Source: a virus
Taxonomy: Duplodnaviria > Caudoviricetes
Reading direction: 5' to 3' (one strand)
Virus record (IMG/VR): IMGVR_UViG_3300044771_000024
Coordinates: 1 to 35,035 of that record
Length of the DNA stretch: 35,035 nt
The first letter of the stretch is position 1; the number at the start of each line of letters is the position of its first letter. The position numbers and the translations under genes were made by a program. Positions 35,025 through 35,035 of the stretch are shown here, one piece after another. The notes beneath the pieces were generated by a model, which was not told the origin of the DNA, did not search any database, and saw nothing but the letters and a program-made list of their open reading frames with translations.

Positions 35025-35035
35025 GTTTTTTAGAA

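Noticed and set aside
1-35035. tRNA/rRNA genes, integrase, transposase, CI repressor
   Set aside because: None recognisable by eye; tRNAscan-SE and HMM searches would be needed to exclude them formally.

Overview
The window looks like a nearly complete, circularly permuted ~35 kb genome of a P22-like tailed phage (podovirus) infecting a diderm bacterium. The minus-strand late arm carries TerS, TerL, portal, scaffold, P22-type coat, adaptor, nozzle, fibres, three ejection proteins and a lysis cassette whose spanin genes wrap around the window ends. A second arm carries replication and recombination genes: an unannotated CopG-like RHH regulator, replication initiator, DnaB-like helicase, Rad52/Sak annealase, PD-(D/E)XK nuclease, NinG/Rap, DUF5131 and an N4/N6 DNA methyltransferase. 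No integrase or CI-like repressor is recognisable, but a clean 28-bp dif-like (XerC/XerD) site lies at 18321-18348. The most striking element is a plus-strand accessory operon (~19050-22333). It has tandem sigma54 (-24/-12) promoters with phased palindromic upstream boxes, followed by an array of small DARPin-like ankyrin genes and other small ORFs. Most of these genes are preceded by the same GC-rich hairpin + A-tract + Shine-Dalgarno repeat, so the locus reads as a cassette-like binder repertoire. Several virion-type proteins also carry Sec-type signal peptides. All family assignments come from motif recognition and synteny; no database searches were run.
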